Assembly (NCBI RefSeq): GCF_006345805.1
Contig: NC_042998.1
Location: 129,146,001-129,210,000 of the forward strand
Direction of reading: 5' to 3'
Source of the DNA: Octopus sinensis
Lineage: Eukaryota
DNA: 64,000 bases
Shown here: positions 12,491 through 26,628 of the stretch, piece by piece
How positions within the stretch are numbered: the first letter of the stretch is position 1
Layout: every line of letters begins with the position of its first letter
Translations under genes and position numbers: made by a program
The notes under the pieces: generated by a model
The model's database searches: none
What the model was told of the DNA's origin: nothing
The model's input: the letters and a program-made list of their open reading frames with translations, nothing else

Positions 12491-12660
12491 CTTTATTTAA
12501 AGCAGCAGAAAATTCAACAAAATCTGTTACTCTGAGTTTCTCGTTGCCGTTCATCAGACAGTTTTTGCTAGACAGTTTTTCTAGCAAAAACTGTCTGATG
12601 AACGGCAACGAGAACTCAGAGTAACAGATTTTGTTGAATTTTCTGCTGCTTTAAATAAAG
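12491..12660. repeat. Near-perfect palindrome: 82/81-bp arms, 7-nt spacer, hammerhead-like motif in each arm
   Basis: 12491-12572 equals the reverse complement of 12580-12660 except one T in a T3 run. Confidence 0.95.
12524..12561 (-). ncRNA. Minimal type-I hammerhead ribozyme-like motif
   Basis: CTGT-CTGATGA-ACGGCAACGA-GAAA-CTCAGAG-TA-ACAG: stem I CTGT/ACAG, intact core, GNRA-capped 2-bp stem II with A.A closing mismatch, self-complementary stem III, GUA cleavage triplet. Confidence 0.6.
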
Positions 12661-12750
12661 CATATTACTCTACCACTGGTATTTGAGTACTCTTTTTTCC
12701 ACCTTGTTTCACATTTATGTGTTTACTCCGGTATATATATATATATATAT

Positions 12751-12791
<41 letters not shown>

Positions 12792-12806
12792 AGAGAGAGG
12801 GGGAGA

Positions 12807-12855
<49 letters not shown>

Positions 12856-15631
12856 AGCTTGCTATATCCACGGCTGACGTTATCAATTGATTAAATCGAC
12901 TCCGTTGTATGAAAGGTAATCAGTATATGAACGGCAAAAGAGTAACAATTGGGTCACGGACGATTTGAACCAGGATAGTTAAGGGGCGTACAAAGCATCT
13001 CAAAGCGTGTTTTTCGGCCACCCGACCAATGTTACAGTCTATAAAATAAAGCAGTGTAGCCACAAGTCTACCTGATGAGAATTCATTCACTAGCGTTCCA
13101 TATAAAGTAATAAAACAAATCAACATTGGAGTCGCTTTGTGGCCGCTGAATCTGCAAGAAATAACAGCTAAATCTCACTCTGATTACCGTCTGCCGTTTT
13201 AAAAAATACAGCATGCTGGATAGTGTTCTGGATTATCTGGCAAAATGCAGGGAGAAGAAGCTAGGTGACGTGGCGCAAAACAACAACAACAGCAGCAGAA
13301 ACAACAACAACAAAAACCAAGAATGAAATTGCTTTTCTATTTCTGGATTATTAACATTGTTACTAAGTTATTTCAGTTTTCGCCTGAAATAGAATTATTA
13401 ATACTTAAACAACAACAAATGATAAAGACAACAACCTAACACAATATCACAGATTTGAAAATAGATATATGAAATATTTGATTTATAGATTGAACAAATA
13501 ACGATTCTGAAATTGAATTACTTTACTTTAGATCATATTACACTAAATTTTAAAATAACAGCTAACACACACGCCGAGCTTTGCAAAGAACACAATTTCA
13601 AAGATTGTGAAATGACGTTAGACTGTTGGTTGATCCTGGTACAAACGCAAACTATTTACTTGGTTAAGGACAAAGCAGTTGTAATTATTGTCGTTCAACA
13701 ATCGTTTAATCCTGATCGACTTGGACACATACTCACATATAAGTGTGTATATGTGCCCAGCCTGTTGTGGTGATAATACAATTGAAAACAGGGTTATGTT
13801 GTTAGAGTGTCTTTCAAAATGTAAAAGTGAATGGTTTCGATAGCTCTGGGAACTAACGCAATTAACTGTATAACCACTGTTGAGCCAGTGAACCAAGGAG
13901 TTGAGTCCGTGAACCAAGGAAGAAACAGGTTTCTAGTTGCTCATCAGCTAGAAAAAGCAATTAAATCGACTTTTATCTCGTTACACCCTTAAAAAGAAAA
14001 GAAAAAAATCATATTGGACATTGAAATCTTAGATGATACATGCACTGCCGAATAATTAAGAAATCTATTTAACAATCATGAGGTTTCGGGTTCGGTCCCA
14101 CAGTGTAACTTCTCAGGCAAATGTCTTTCAAGTTAAGCTACTTGACTGACATTGGATAGCCAGAAACTGCGCGAAACATGTCGAAAAGCTTATAACTGTA
14201 TTTCAAAGCGCAAGCCGTATCACGCTGATTCCCTGCAAATTATGTTCAGGGTACACGTATCTGGAATTTTCGGTCACACTTATTTAACCGTTTTGTTGAC
14301 CGAACAATAGGAACACTCATTAGCAAAAACGATTGATGATTTTTTTTTCATGTCATTCCATTCATATTTATGGCCTATCATGCCGGTCCTAAGCCTGGAA
14401 AGAAGAAGGAAAGTTGGTCATTGGACCAGCAACCCAACCCTGTGAAAGAGAGACAGCTACAGAAATATAAAAAGAAACCCAATCAAAATACCATACGGAG
14501 AAGCTGGCAATGGAGACGGTCCAACAATGATATATTCTAATCAAAGCAAAATAGAAATTTGGGTCTCTAAATGCTAAATTCCGAGCGCCAAAAATGTAAC
14601 AAAGCCAGGTTCATGGAGCATTCATTGACATACACTTGTAAAAACGATGACAATAACAACAGAAACAACAGCAGCAACAGTGGCGGGAAGTCATTTTACC
14701 CGATGGTTCATATACAATTTCTGAGAGATGGATTGGGTCATTAGTTAAGTCTTGGACGTGAAACAACACAATATGATGCGAACCCCTTACGTTTTATTGA
14801 AAGCTTATCAGTAGATATATCTGGTCCACACACACCTAACTCACTCACGTACTTACTTATTTACTTGTGCAACCTCCGCATCTTTCTAATCACCCATCAA
14901 CAAAATATACTTGAAAAATAAGTAAGAAATAAAAAAAAATGTTCTTAATCTAACAGGCCTCTTATATCCGTCCTATTTTACATAGTCACTAGTGTGAAGT
15001 CTGTTGAAAGTCTACGATTTTTCTCAAAAGACATTGATTTGCAGATACCCAAATTGGTATCAACAGCATCTATATTACATGTCTGAGAGAGATCCCTAAT
15101 AAGTCACGGAGAATGTTTTTCCTCTGATATATATATAACACAAAAACAAAACAAAAATAAGTTAGGAAACGAAAATATATAACTAAGCCAGTTCAATTTC
15201 ACATAATCGGAGTTGCTAACTGAACATCTGTGAGAAACTTAAACAAGTTGAACTTGATATCAAGAAGAAAGTAAAGTTAGTATTGTGATTGATCTGTCTT
15301 ACTAGTGACACGAACTTTTATCTACTGGAAATGAAAATAAAGTAAATATAAAAAGAGCAAATATAAAAACACTAAAGAAATCGGAGAACTTCAAAATCAC
15401 CAGTGGGTATAGCGCTGATTTATTTTACTATAATAGTGATACAAGATATAGTGATTACAGGGTCGGATGTATTTATTGATAATACTATCTAAATCAATTT
15501 ACTTTCTACTAACTCTCATAAACACACACACAGATACACATACGTGCACAGATACATACACACACCCATACACCCAAACATGTCTGCATTTACATGTAAA
15601 TACATATACATAAACATATATACATACATTC

Positions 15632-15662
<31 letters not shown>

Positions 15663-15670
15663 ATATATAT

Positions 15671-15702
<32 letters not shown>

Positions 15703-15787
15703 GTATGTATATATATATATATATATGTATATAAGTATGTGCATATAAATTATATATATTCATATGCATGCAAATATATATACATAT

Positions 15788-15856
<69 letters not shown>

Positions 15857-16022
15857 TCAATATTCTGTTTGTTAGATGGTCTTTGGTTATCGATATTGGG
15901 AAGTGATACATTATTATCCTTCATTGAATCCATTGCACATCCGGTGATACTATACACTCCTACACAAACTGTGCGCGCAGACACATACACATACACGGAT
16001 ACTAATATAAGAAAACACACAT

Positions 16023-16067
<45 letters not shown>

Positions 16068-16519
16068 GATATATATACCTACATACATATATATATATAT
16101 GTATGTATATATATATATATATATATATCATTCAATCGTTAAGATTATACAATGCTCTTATTTGCAAGCAATATATATCCATGCTAGTTGAATACTTCCG
16201 GTCATGCAATCGAATTAGAAGACAGGCGTCTGGTGTTGTTTTTAAGAAAGACCGTTAGCTAGATCTGTCTAAGTAAGTCGGCTTTTGTACAATTCTAAAC
16301 ACCATATACAAAAAATAATGGGTTCGATTCCAACGTACAGTAATGATATATATATGCATTATCCAAATTGTACAGTATATATCCATCACGGCTGATCTTA
16401 CCAGTAGGTTTCGCGCTAGGTGTACAACGGAGTGATAGGTAGCAATGTGATTATATAACTCTACGCTCATCAGAGGTAGCTGGTACGCACACATATTTGT
16501 ATATAAATATATATACGAT

Positions 16520-16915
16520 GGACTCACTTGTCGTGTTCAACGCAAGAAGACCGAAGAATTTTACTTTGTTCTTTTTTCCCTTCTACATTTTAGTATGTGT
16601 TTCTTCTGTGAGGCAAAGAGACCTGCTTTGTTTTTGCCAACCAGACCGTATCCTTCACGCACAGAACGCTGAAAGGAATCTGCATTCTTTTGGCCTTGCC
16701 TTCGATCGCCTAGTCCCTCAATCCTTGAGTTGATATGGTTCTTAATGCTAACTAGATTGATTATCCACCGTATATCACGGTCGGCAGCACATTCTCCAAC
16801 TTCTGATACTTTTATTCCAATGTACTTGATATCATTCTTCAGTTCCTTCCTGTATCTGAGAAGAGATCTTCCTACACTTTGCACTCCCATCTGAAATTGG
16901 ATATAAGAGAGAATT
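16520..16915 (-). mobile_element. RTE/BovB-like LINE ORF C-terminus, decayed
   Basis: GRSLLRYRKELKNDIK..GI......AADR...W resembles the RTE pattern RPxLRYKDxxKxDxK...AADRxxWR; degenerate terminal zinc-finger-like K.KAGLF..Q..H. Confidence 0.65.
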
Positions 16916-17204
16916 TTGGTAGTATTTCATCATGCATCCTAGCAATATGACTTACCAATCTTATATAAAACTGCATGAAGACGGTCTCACTGCATTGTAT
17001 ATCACATTAAGGAAACAACTGTTCATAAGAGTCTTTGTCCTTCCATGTGAAACCACAGTTATTTCTAAGATAAACACACATACATACATAAACATACACA
17101 CATACGTATACATACACACACACTTATTTATATATATATATATACACACATGCACGCACATGTACACGCATGCGCGCACACACACATGTTTATATGGATA
17201 AACG

Positions 17205-17490
17205 TAAGGTGAGGGCGCAGAGCCTAGTGGTGTTGCATTCACGACCGCGAGGGTCATGGTTTCAATTCCTGAATCGGGGTGGTGCGTTGTGTTCGTGAGC
17301 GAAACACTTCACCTCATGTTGCACTGCGATCACTTCGACACCTGACACGTTGTACACTGTGCACCTGTTCATGTAGCGTCAGTTTGACAGTGGGTGCAGC
17401 TCATACACTTGATCACAATAAACAATCATTTGTACAGCTTGTTCAGCAAGAAATCGGTGACCCGTATTTCTCGGATTACGAGAGACTGTC
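17205..17490 (+). mobile_element. tRNA-derived SINE with CORE-like central domain
   Basis: GGCGCAGAGCCTAGTGG (A box) ... GGTTTCAATTCC (B box) then GCGTTGTGTTCGTGAGCGAAACACTTCACCTCATGTTGC. Confidence 0.55.
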
Positions 17491-18312
17491 ATCACCATCA
17501 TCATAATCATTATTACCACCACCACCACCACTACCACCACCGATGCCGCCGTCGTGTGTGTGTGACAAGTTTCTGCCATTAAATTACTGCTACAGTCCAT
17601 CCATTGGGCTTCCATACAGTTTGTGTATTGGCTCAGAGTATAATGATGTTAAATAATACCTTTGAAACCGGGGGAAAAGTCACAGATGTAGCAGAATTAA
17701 TAGAATTCCAAGTAATGTGCTTTGTAATGCTTAGCTTCGTCTACCAGCATTTCGCCTGCAAATCTTGCCATCATCATTAAAATGTGCAAAGGTTATTTCG
17801 ACAACAACTTTTATCATAAAGCTTTTCTCTGTACTTAAGACATACAAGAATATATTAGAATTTTAGAGAAATGTAAGCTGGTATTAACCAGTATTAAATG
17901 TGCTTTTAACATAGTTCAATATGGTTTCGAGAGATTTTTATTTGGTTATGATAATATGCTAAAGTAGAACCCGAATATAATACACACGATATAATAACCA
18001 TAAACAGTTTCAAAAAGGTGAAGAACAGTTCACAGCGAGGTGAAAAAAATACTAAGTAAGTTATTTCTATGCTTGATTTATGATTAATCTCTGTTTAAAG
18101 TTCATAAACATACAGCTGATGGCAAAGGCAGATTTGTGTTTTGTGCGTCGAGATAACTGATTCGGTACGATGTTGGATAACGAACCGAACTAAAGAGATT
18201 GGTGATTCGTATTCTTTTGGCGTTGCCGTAGTTCTGTGGACAAGATACACAATCTTCAAAGTTTCACCCCATCTTGTTGGCATAGAGTAAGTAGTGACAT
18301 AGAGTAAGTATA

Positions 18313-18714
18313 GGCGCAGGAGTGGCTGTGTGGTAAGTAGCTTGTTTACCAACCACATGGTTCCGGGTTCAGTCCCACTGCGTGGCATCTTGGGCAGGTG
18401 TCTTCTGCTATAACCCCGGGCCGACCAAAGCCTTGTGAGTGGATTTGGTAGACGGAAACTGAAAGAAGCCCGTCGTATATATGTATGCGTGTGTGTGTTT
18501 GTGTGTCTGTGTTTGTCCCCCTAGCATTGTTTGACAACCGATGCTGGTGTGTTTATGTCCCCGTTACTTAGCGGTTCGGCAAAAGAGACCGATAGAATAA
18601 GTACTGGGCTTACAAAAGAATAAGTCCCGGGGTCGAGTTGCTCGATTAAAGGCGGTGCTCCAGCATGGCCGCAGTCAAATGACTGAAACAAGTAAAAGAG
18701 TAAAGAGTAAAGAG
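18313..18714 (+). mobile_element. Full-length tRNA-derived SINE, family A (CR1-type 3' tail, (TAAAGAG)n end)
   Basis: GGAGTGGCTGTGTGGTAAG A box and GGTTCAGTCCC B box; near-identical antisense copy at 31813-32224, partial copy at 63769-64000. Confidence 0.9.
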
Positions 18715-18989
18715 TGGAAGAACTGCAAACATGAAGTTGTAACTGTTCGATTAGCTTTCGGTGTGGAGTTCAACGATTCATGAAAACGTAATACCATCAG
18801 GACATTTCATAGTAAATACCTGACATAAAAACAAATTCTTTGATGGTATTCATGTGAGCCAATAATTATGGGATTTGTAAGAGATTTGTTTAATTAATTG
18901 GGATATTTGAAGGGGAGACCGTATTAACTGATTCTTACTCAGTGTTTATGACGTGGGTGGGTGTTATAATAGTTTTGATCGTTAACTTC

Positions 18990-19340
18990 AACTCTCTGTT
19001 GGATCATCTGAGTACCAGTTAGTCCTAGGCTAGTCATTAAACTGCATCTGGTGGTAAGGTTCCAGCTTGGGAGTTCAGGAGATTTGGTGAGTTTGGTGTT
19101 ACTCCTTATTTCCCACTGCTTTCAAGTCCGCTTTGATCCGGGATTGTAGTACCTGTCAAGTAGTCCGGCTACGGGTCATATAGCAGAAGATGATTCTATG
19201 GTTGAGGCATAGAATACGTGGAGAAAGCTAGCCTTTTGGACATGTGTGACGAAGGCCCGCCAGGTGGGTCTGTCCAGATGTGCGAACCATTGCTTCCGCT
19301 TAAGGGTTAGTTAGGCTTTGTGCGACAAGGCTAAAGTCAA
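18990..19340 (-). mobile_element. Highly decayed RTE-like LINE 3' fragment
   Basis: Broken frames give LKRKQWFAHLDR and RIKADLKAVG, resembling RTE C-terminal motifs. Confidence 0.4.
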
Positions 19341-20574
19341 AAGAATGGGAGAGTTGCCGAGTAAACTATAAATAAACTCGCAGAAGGCAACGGGAAATCT
19401 TTGCTTTATTTCCTCCAAGAAAAAAACGAACACTAATCTTCAGACTTTGGCAAGGGTCAGTCTGTAATTGACTCCTGTCAAATTTTGAAGAACGGTCAAC
19501 TGAGAGTTTAGAGCACTAGTAAGAAGTAGAATAAATACAACTTTTAGGTAGTGATACAAACAAATTAACAACCACTTGTTTGATTATTTAGTACATTCTC
19601 TTTAAATCTATTGACTATCTACTGACTATTTGACAGAAGTAAATTTTAATAGAAGGCTGGACGAGATTACTGAGCATAGAGAATAATTAGAGCGATAAAC
19701 AAAATCACCACATTTTACGATAGTAGAACGAACGACTCTTGGTCTTCTCGACACGGTTAATATATCTTTAAAGGTGAGAGCACTTAAGTAGACATCAACA
19801 ACAGGGATTTCTTATATTTGTGAAATAGGTCTAGTAAAATTATAGATGAGTTCTCAATGGGAGGGGGGTGTTTAGGAAACATCTCAAACACAGACACCAC
19901 ACGAATCCTGACACGAGTAGGTCTGGCTTCAAAGATATGAATGAGGTTTTTTTCCCCCTAAACCCAGAGGGGTAAACTGGTGCACAGTCTGAAGCGATGA
20001 TAGTCAATACACAATTACCAATTCAAGTGTCAGTTTATTACACCAACTATATCTAATTCAGTATATCGATTTAAACGTAAATATATCGTAGCTGTATTTT
20101 TGAATCTGACGCCAAATTAAAATAGTGAAGGAAAAAAAATCTATATATCAACTGATATTGCCTGAAGATGTTAAATTACCAACAGATTAGATTTTGTTAT
20201 TTTTGGAGATTTGTGTGTACGTATACACAAACACACACACACACACACACACCACACACACATGCGCACACATATAATTTATGGACATGAACATATGTGT
20301 ATGTATGTATCTATGCACACGTATACACACATATAAACAGGAAAAAATATATATAATTCGGGACCTAAAATTATTTAATAATTTGTAGTTTATTGCTAAC
20401 TTTCAATAAATATTTGGATACGTTATAGGCATAATTTAAGAACAACATATTTCGAAAAAAAAACAACAACATCGATGTAAATATAAATTTGATATAATTG
20501 ATATATATTCAAATTGGAAGGTTAGTTAGTATTGGTGATCATCTTAAAAATATTGGATTCAAATTTAAGCTCAA

Positions 20575-20757
20575 GGGTAACTATTTCAGGGGATAGAATG
20601 AGTCAATTAGATCGACCCCAGTGTTCAACTGGTTATTTCATTAACTCCGAATGGATGCAAAAGAAAGTCGACCTCGACGTGATTTGAACTCAGAACGTAA
20701 AAACGGACAGAATGTCGCCAAACATTTTGGCCGGTATGTTAAAGGTTCTGCCAGGTC
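20575..20757 (-). mobile_element. SINE family B, decayed
   Basis: GATCGACCCCAGT...AAAGTCGACCTCG..G.GATTTGAACTCAGAACGTAA...TTCTGCCAG. Confidence 0.75.
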
Positions 20758-20857
20758 TAAGCCCTAATGAGCATCTGAAATATTGATATTTATCATCACC
20801 ACCATACATCGCCACCACCATGGAATAGTGGTGGCGATGTATGCTGGCGATGTATGC

Positions 20858-20975
20858 TTACTAAGCTTACAAAGAATAAGTCCTGGGGTCGAATTCTTCG
20901 ACTAAAACCTTTTAAGGCGGTGCTCCAGCATACACGCATTCAAATGACTGAAAGAAGTAAAAGAATAAAAGAATA
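20858..20975 (+). mobile_element. SINE family A 3' fragment
   Basis: GCTTACAAAGAATAAGTCCTGGGGTCGA...GGCGGTGCTCCAGCAT...CAAATGACTGAAA..AGTAAAAGAATAAAAGAA. Confidence 0.8.
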
Positions 20976-23959
20976 CACACACACACATGCACACGCACAC
21001 ACACAGAAGTAATTAAGATTCAGTTGAAGCACCTGGTCATATTATCCGCACAGCTAGAAGTAAGGTGATTAACACCAAGACGAGTAACAGGATTTCAAGT
21101 AGTACTGCAGTACGACCGCTTCAAATGGCTCCATTTAATTGAACAATGCAATCACTACGTCAATGTAAATGTAGTACTATCTTCAGCTGCACAAATATGG
21201 AACTTCAACAGACAAGATTCATTAATATAATTTTTCTTAAATATTTTAAGAGAGCAAGAAGATGGAAGAAATTCATTTTGTCGCTATTGTAGCAAAAATA
21301 GTTAAGAGAACAGACTACAATTTTTTAGAGTGGCATGGAACAGAGTGGGGGTCATAGGTTTATAATTCATTTCCAATCTATCTATCTCTTTATGATGAAC
21401 TAAAATCTGAGACTAGAAGACTGTGTGTATTTAGAATAAAGAGCAAAGTGAGTTGCCATCTCCTGGCTGGCTGTTGGTCATAAATATTGTCACAGGTACC
21501 CCGCTACCCACAAGAAAAAGAAACAAAGCTTTAGAAAGAGTCAATTAGAAGTAACTGTCTATAAAAGAGATGGTGTGGGGGTGACATTAATTCATTATGT
21601 TGTTACCAGTTAAAGGAGCAAACACTATGAAACTTATGATACACAGTAAGATCCAGGTAAGTAGCAGGGCTCAATGGGAGAACTTTTATAAACAATACGT
21701 TGTATAGAGATGAAATAAATTTTTAAGATTCTAGAAAGTGATAACAACCAAGTTAGCTAAAAGATGTATATGGATAAATTTTAAACATTAAAAGGAAGAT
21801 TACTATTAGGTAGAATCAATTTAATACCTCATCTTTACTTAATTAATTACTAGGTGCTTTCTAAAAAGACCACTCAAACCACTTACATATGGAATATCTA
21901 GAAAGATATACATACTATCTATTGATTGAAAGTAATGAATCAGAAGCCGGATAATAAAACAATGGTAATACATAGACATAATTAGATATAAGCATAGAAG
22001 AAAAAAGTGTGTACTGATAAAAGTAGGTGTAATAGTATAAAAATAATGCATACAGGTAAATATAAAAAGAGGGTTTTTATACACATACACACACATATAT
22101 ACATATATACGCTTATACAAAAGAATATAGTATTATTATTTGGCATAAACATAAGTAAGTGAAAATATCAATTTAAGAAGAGGAAAAAAATAACTATTTA
22201 AGAGCCATATTGAGCGACATCTTAAACCGCATACAAGCGGAGATGAAATGCAACATGCTTAACGATTGCTATATCAGTATAAGCGAAGGTAAATAGGAAT
22301 GTTCAATTACACGGAGCCCCTTGAAACGGTCGTACTGCATTACTACTTAAAATCCTGTTACTTAATTTGATATATCTATGTGTATATAATTGCTAATGTT
22401 TGTTAAATTTGACTAGTTATTTATGGTGTTCTGTGCTATTAAATGGCCGACTTTCTGAAAATCTTTTTTGTTTACAGCTGTTAGAACAATAAAGTTTCAA
22501 TTTAGTGTTATAATTTGTTACGGAGAATTTATTTTCACGATGCTATTTTGGTCTTACACCCCACTTTAACTTTTTGCTTGGTTCTATATAATATATTGCT
22601 CCACTGTACAAAGATGGCATGATTTCGTTCAATTTTCGAAGATCGTTCATTCGATGTGCTATTGGTATTTTTGTTGTTAGGCCTACTGCAGTACTGACCA
22701 TAGCAAACAATCATTAAAGGCATTGTAGCTATAACAGTTCAATTTCTATTTCATCAATATTTTGGGCAGGCACGTTCAATTTTCATGCAATAAGTCTTAG
22801 TTATTTCTATTTTTTTCATTTCTGAAGATGTGATTTATAACTGAAGAAACAGATTTTAAATTTGCTTACACTCATACTAATTTTTTTTTTCTTTTACGGA
22901 CGATGCATTTGAGGTGTTACCTCCTCCTTTTTGGATAAACTCTTCTTTCGTCCTCCTGTTACATTGGGTTTCATGGGAGGTTCAGGACGCGTTCCGTTCT
23001 TAATATCCCCTCCACAACTTAAGGTGTGTGTGAATGTTCCCTTCATTTTTCGCTTCACACAAATCTCCTTTCAATTGCTGTCTTCAAAATTTAAAAATAA
23101 AAAAGTCAAAATGTGAACCCTCTACGTTTCTGTGAATCTTCTGGAAGCAGCAACCAAGTCTCACTCAAGTCACAAAATGACATGTTAAAAAGAGAAAATT
23201 CGCCAGTATGGTCTTGCGAAGACTATTGTTGATGTGCAAATTGGATTGCTATAGCCTATCATCACAGGTTCGATCGGGATTGAAGTGAAGCTAGACAAAA
23301 ACAACAGCGTCGTTACAACAGCTTATGACACTATCACCACAAATAGATCTATCATTTCTATTAAATGTACCACCAACACGACAAGTGCCACGTCAATTAT
23401 CACAAGGACTACCAACATAAGCGTCAACAAAAATAGCACACATATATATGTACATGTATACATTTTTGTAACCGACGCCGCTTGCTATTCTATTTAGGTT
23501 TAACGTTCACACGATCAGTCAGATGGCATGATGTACTATAATGAAAAATTTTCATTAATCTTAAGTAAAGAAAAAAAATTTCTTTGCAGCACATCATGCC
23601 ATTTGATTGATCGTGTCAAGGTAAACCTAAAATAACGGCAAGCGGAGCCGACCGAATAAATATAATTATACACTCTACACTGAGTGTTCTTATAATTTTC
23701 TTTTACATTAGAAACAAAACTTACATACATGGTACGTATAGGTAATTGCATACAAACAAGCATACTTATGCATATACGCATGAATATATATAATAATATA
23801 TATATATATATATATATAATATATATAATATATATATATATGTACATGTACATGTATGTATTTATAAACATATAAATTATTAGTTATAAATACATATGTA
23901 CATAGGTGTGTGTATATGTGAGTGTGTCTCTATGTATATGTGCATGTACCCACACACAC

Positions 23960-24007
<48 letters not shown>

Positions 24008-24323
24008 TATTATAGTATTTAGAACAGATACTTATAACTATTATAAATGGGTTTAGAGAGTTAAAATATCTAAGACATACCTCCACAAGCGGATTCGTAT
24101 GTATATGTGCCTATATATGTATATATGTAAGTCGAAAGTATGTATGTATATATATATATGTGTGTGTGTATATATGCATGTGTGAGTGTGTGTACGTGTG
24201 TATATACACACACAAGCTCACACACATACACACACACCTATATGTTCATATGTATATATAAGTAATAATATATATGTTTATGTATACATACATATATATG
24301 TATATATATATATGTACACAAAA

Positions 24324-24392
<69 letters not shown>

Positions 24393-24902
24393 CATACATA
24401 TATATATAGCTTAACATATTTATCATGGACCAATATATTGATTTCAGCCATGTTTACGGTAATTCCAATAACGAACTGCCGCTAACACACTCTAGCACAG
24501 CCTTACCACTTCTGCTAGACAATACTTTCTCTTCACGTACTATTCATATATATAAAGAGGCAACAATGTGATTATTATCATTATTATTGGTATTATTATT
24601 ATTATTATTGTTGTTGTTGTTGTTATTTCGTTTTTTTCCTTCTTATTCATGGAACAGGAAGATGCACATAAAAGGAATGTATTTATCATTACCTACGCGC
24701 TCCTTAAACGTGTTGTTGTAGTTCTTGTAGAGTGTCTTGCATTTGTTATTACGGTGTTGTTGTTGTTGGTATTGTTGCTATTGGTATTTCTGTTGTTTAA
24801 CTCTGTTGTTTCCGTTACATTGTTTAAGTATTATTAGCAAATCATATTTTGCTGTTTTTAGATATTTTCCCACTCAAAATTCCATCACTCTTCTCCTCAC
24901 TG

Positions 24903-24933
<31 letters not shown>

Positions 24934-25002
24934 ACTCTGTATATAAATAGTTAGTGCTATATACATACACATATGTATGCAGATATATATACACAGGTAT
25001 AC

Positions 25003-25038
<36 letters not shown>

Positions 25039-25122
25039 CATCCACGACTACATGCAGGCATGTATACATATATGTACACACACACACACATAATACACAA
25101 TATACATATCAGTCATCATATA

Positions 25123-25191
<69 letters not shown>

Positions 25192-26198
25192 ATATATATA
25201 GACACACATATGTGTACGTACGTATAGGTACACATATTTCTGTTTTAATACGTATACTTAGGCCGATGTGTGAACTATACAGAACCATATGATCATATAT
25301 ATTTATATATGTATAAATATAGTTATGTATATATATATATATATATATATGTATATAAATGTATGTATATATATAATGTATATATTATAATATTATATAT
25401 ATATATATATATATCTATATATATATATATATATATAATATATATATATGTAATATATATATATAATATGCACAAACATACATTCGCACAAGCATTACAT
25501 ACACACATATAGACGTATTTCTGTGCATGTGTATATGTGAATGTGTGTGTTTATATATATATATGAATAACTTTATAGATATATACGTACACACACACAT
25601 ATACTACATACAAACAGATATAATTCCATGTAGAGTATCCTAAAATATTTTCTTCTTTTTGTTGATGAAGAATTTTAACAATTGAGCCAAATGCCCAACA
25701 TAATGGGTTTAGAAAAATGTATATATTTACATATTTCTCTCTGAATAAATATTGTTAGGCCGTGTGCAGACATGTATGTTAAGATGTAAACACATGTAAA
25801 ATAAACACCAATAAAAGGTCTTACATGCATATCTATTTCAGAAGAGTAGTTAAAAAATATACTTAATCGTTGGCATCTATCTATACACATAAATGCGAAG
25901 ATAACGTAAGTAGGAGAGGAATAAACGCACACATAGTTACATGCATGTATTCAGTCACGCATGCGTACACACAGATTCACAGAATCATAAATGCACACAT
26001 ATATATGCATGCAGTAGAGAGTGAAATACATTGAAGCGGGAACAGACATAATAAGCAGATCCACTCAGACATTAGGACTTTCTGGCAAAACCTAAACTTT
26101 TTAAAGAAATAAGAGTGGAGGTAAACATAGGTCAGCATATATGTATATACATGCAGATATTTATACATATAATCCCTACATATATATGTATGCATTAT

Positions 26199-26259
<61 letters not shown>

Positions 26260-26412
26260 ATAATATATTATATATATATATATGTATATATAGATATATA
26301 TATATATATTCATAATATCTCTATGTATGCATATATGTATACATATAATAAATATATGGCATATATATTTATATGCATATGTAAACATACATATCTATAT
26401 ATATATATACAC

Positions 26413-26628
26413 ATGAGGGGTGTTGAAAAGTTCTTGGCTTTAAGGGTGTTGGGAAAGGGCCGGCTGGAGGCCCAACCTTTCGAATTCTTTTACAGGGCAT
26501 AGAAAAACTGAGGGTCCGCTGCAAAATGTGTGTAAATCTGAGAGGGGAATATGTTGAATAAAATCATAATTAACTGCTTCTCCTGTATTTTATTTTACCT
26601 AAAGTCGGGACTTTTCAGCAACCCCTCT
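26413..26628 (+). mobile_element. Internally deleted mariner (MITE-like) with both TIRs
   Basis: 5' TGAGGGGTGTTGAAAAGTTCTTGGCTTTA; 3' TAAAGTCGGGACTTTTCAGCAACCCCTC; retained transposase C-terminus [22 protein letters not shown]; sits in TA-rich sequence. Confidence 0.75.

Noticed and set aside
13920-13955. Minus-strand CTGATGA-GCAACTA-GAAACC hammerhead-like string
   Set aside because: Stem II does not pair and no complementary stem I partner follows.
22535-22723. ORF starting MPLMIVCYGQYC, possible THAP domain
   Set aside because: Cys spacing and the conserved Pro/Trp/His pattern of THAP are absent.
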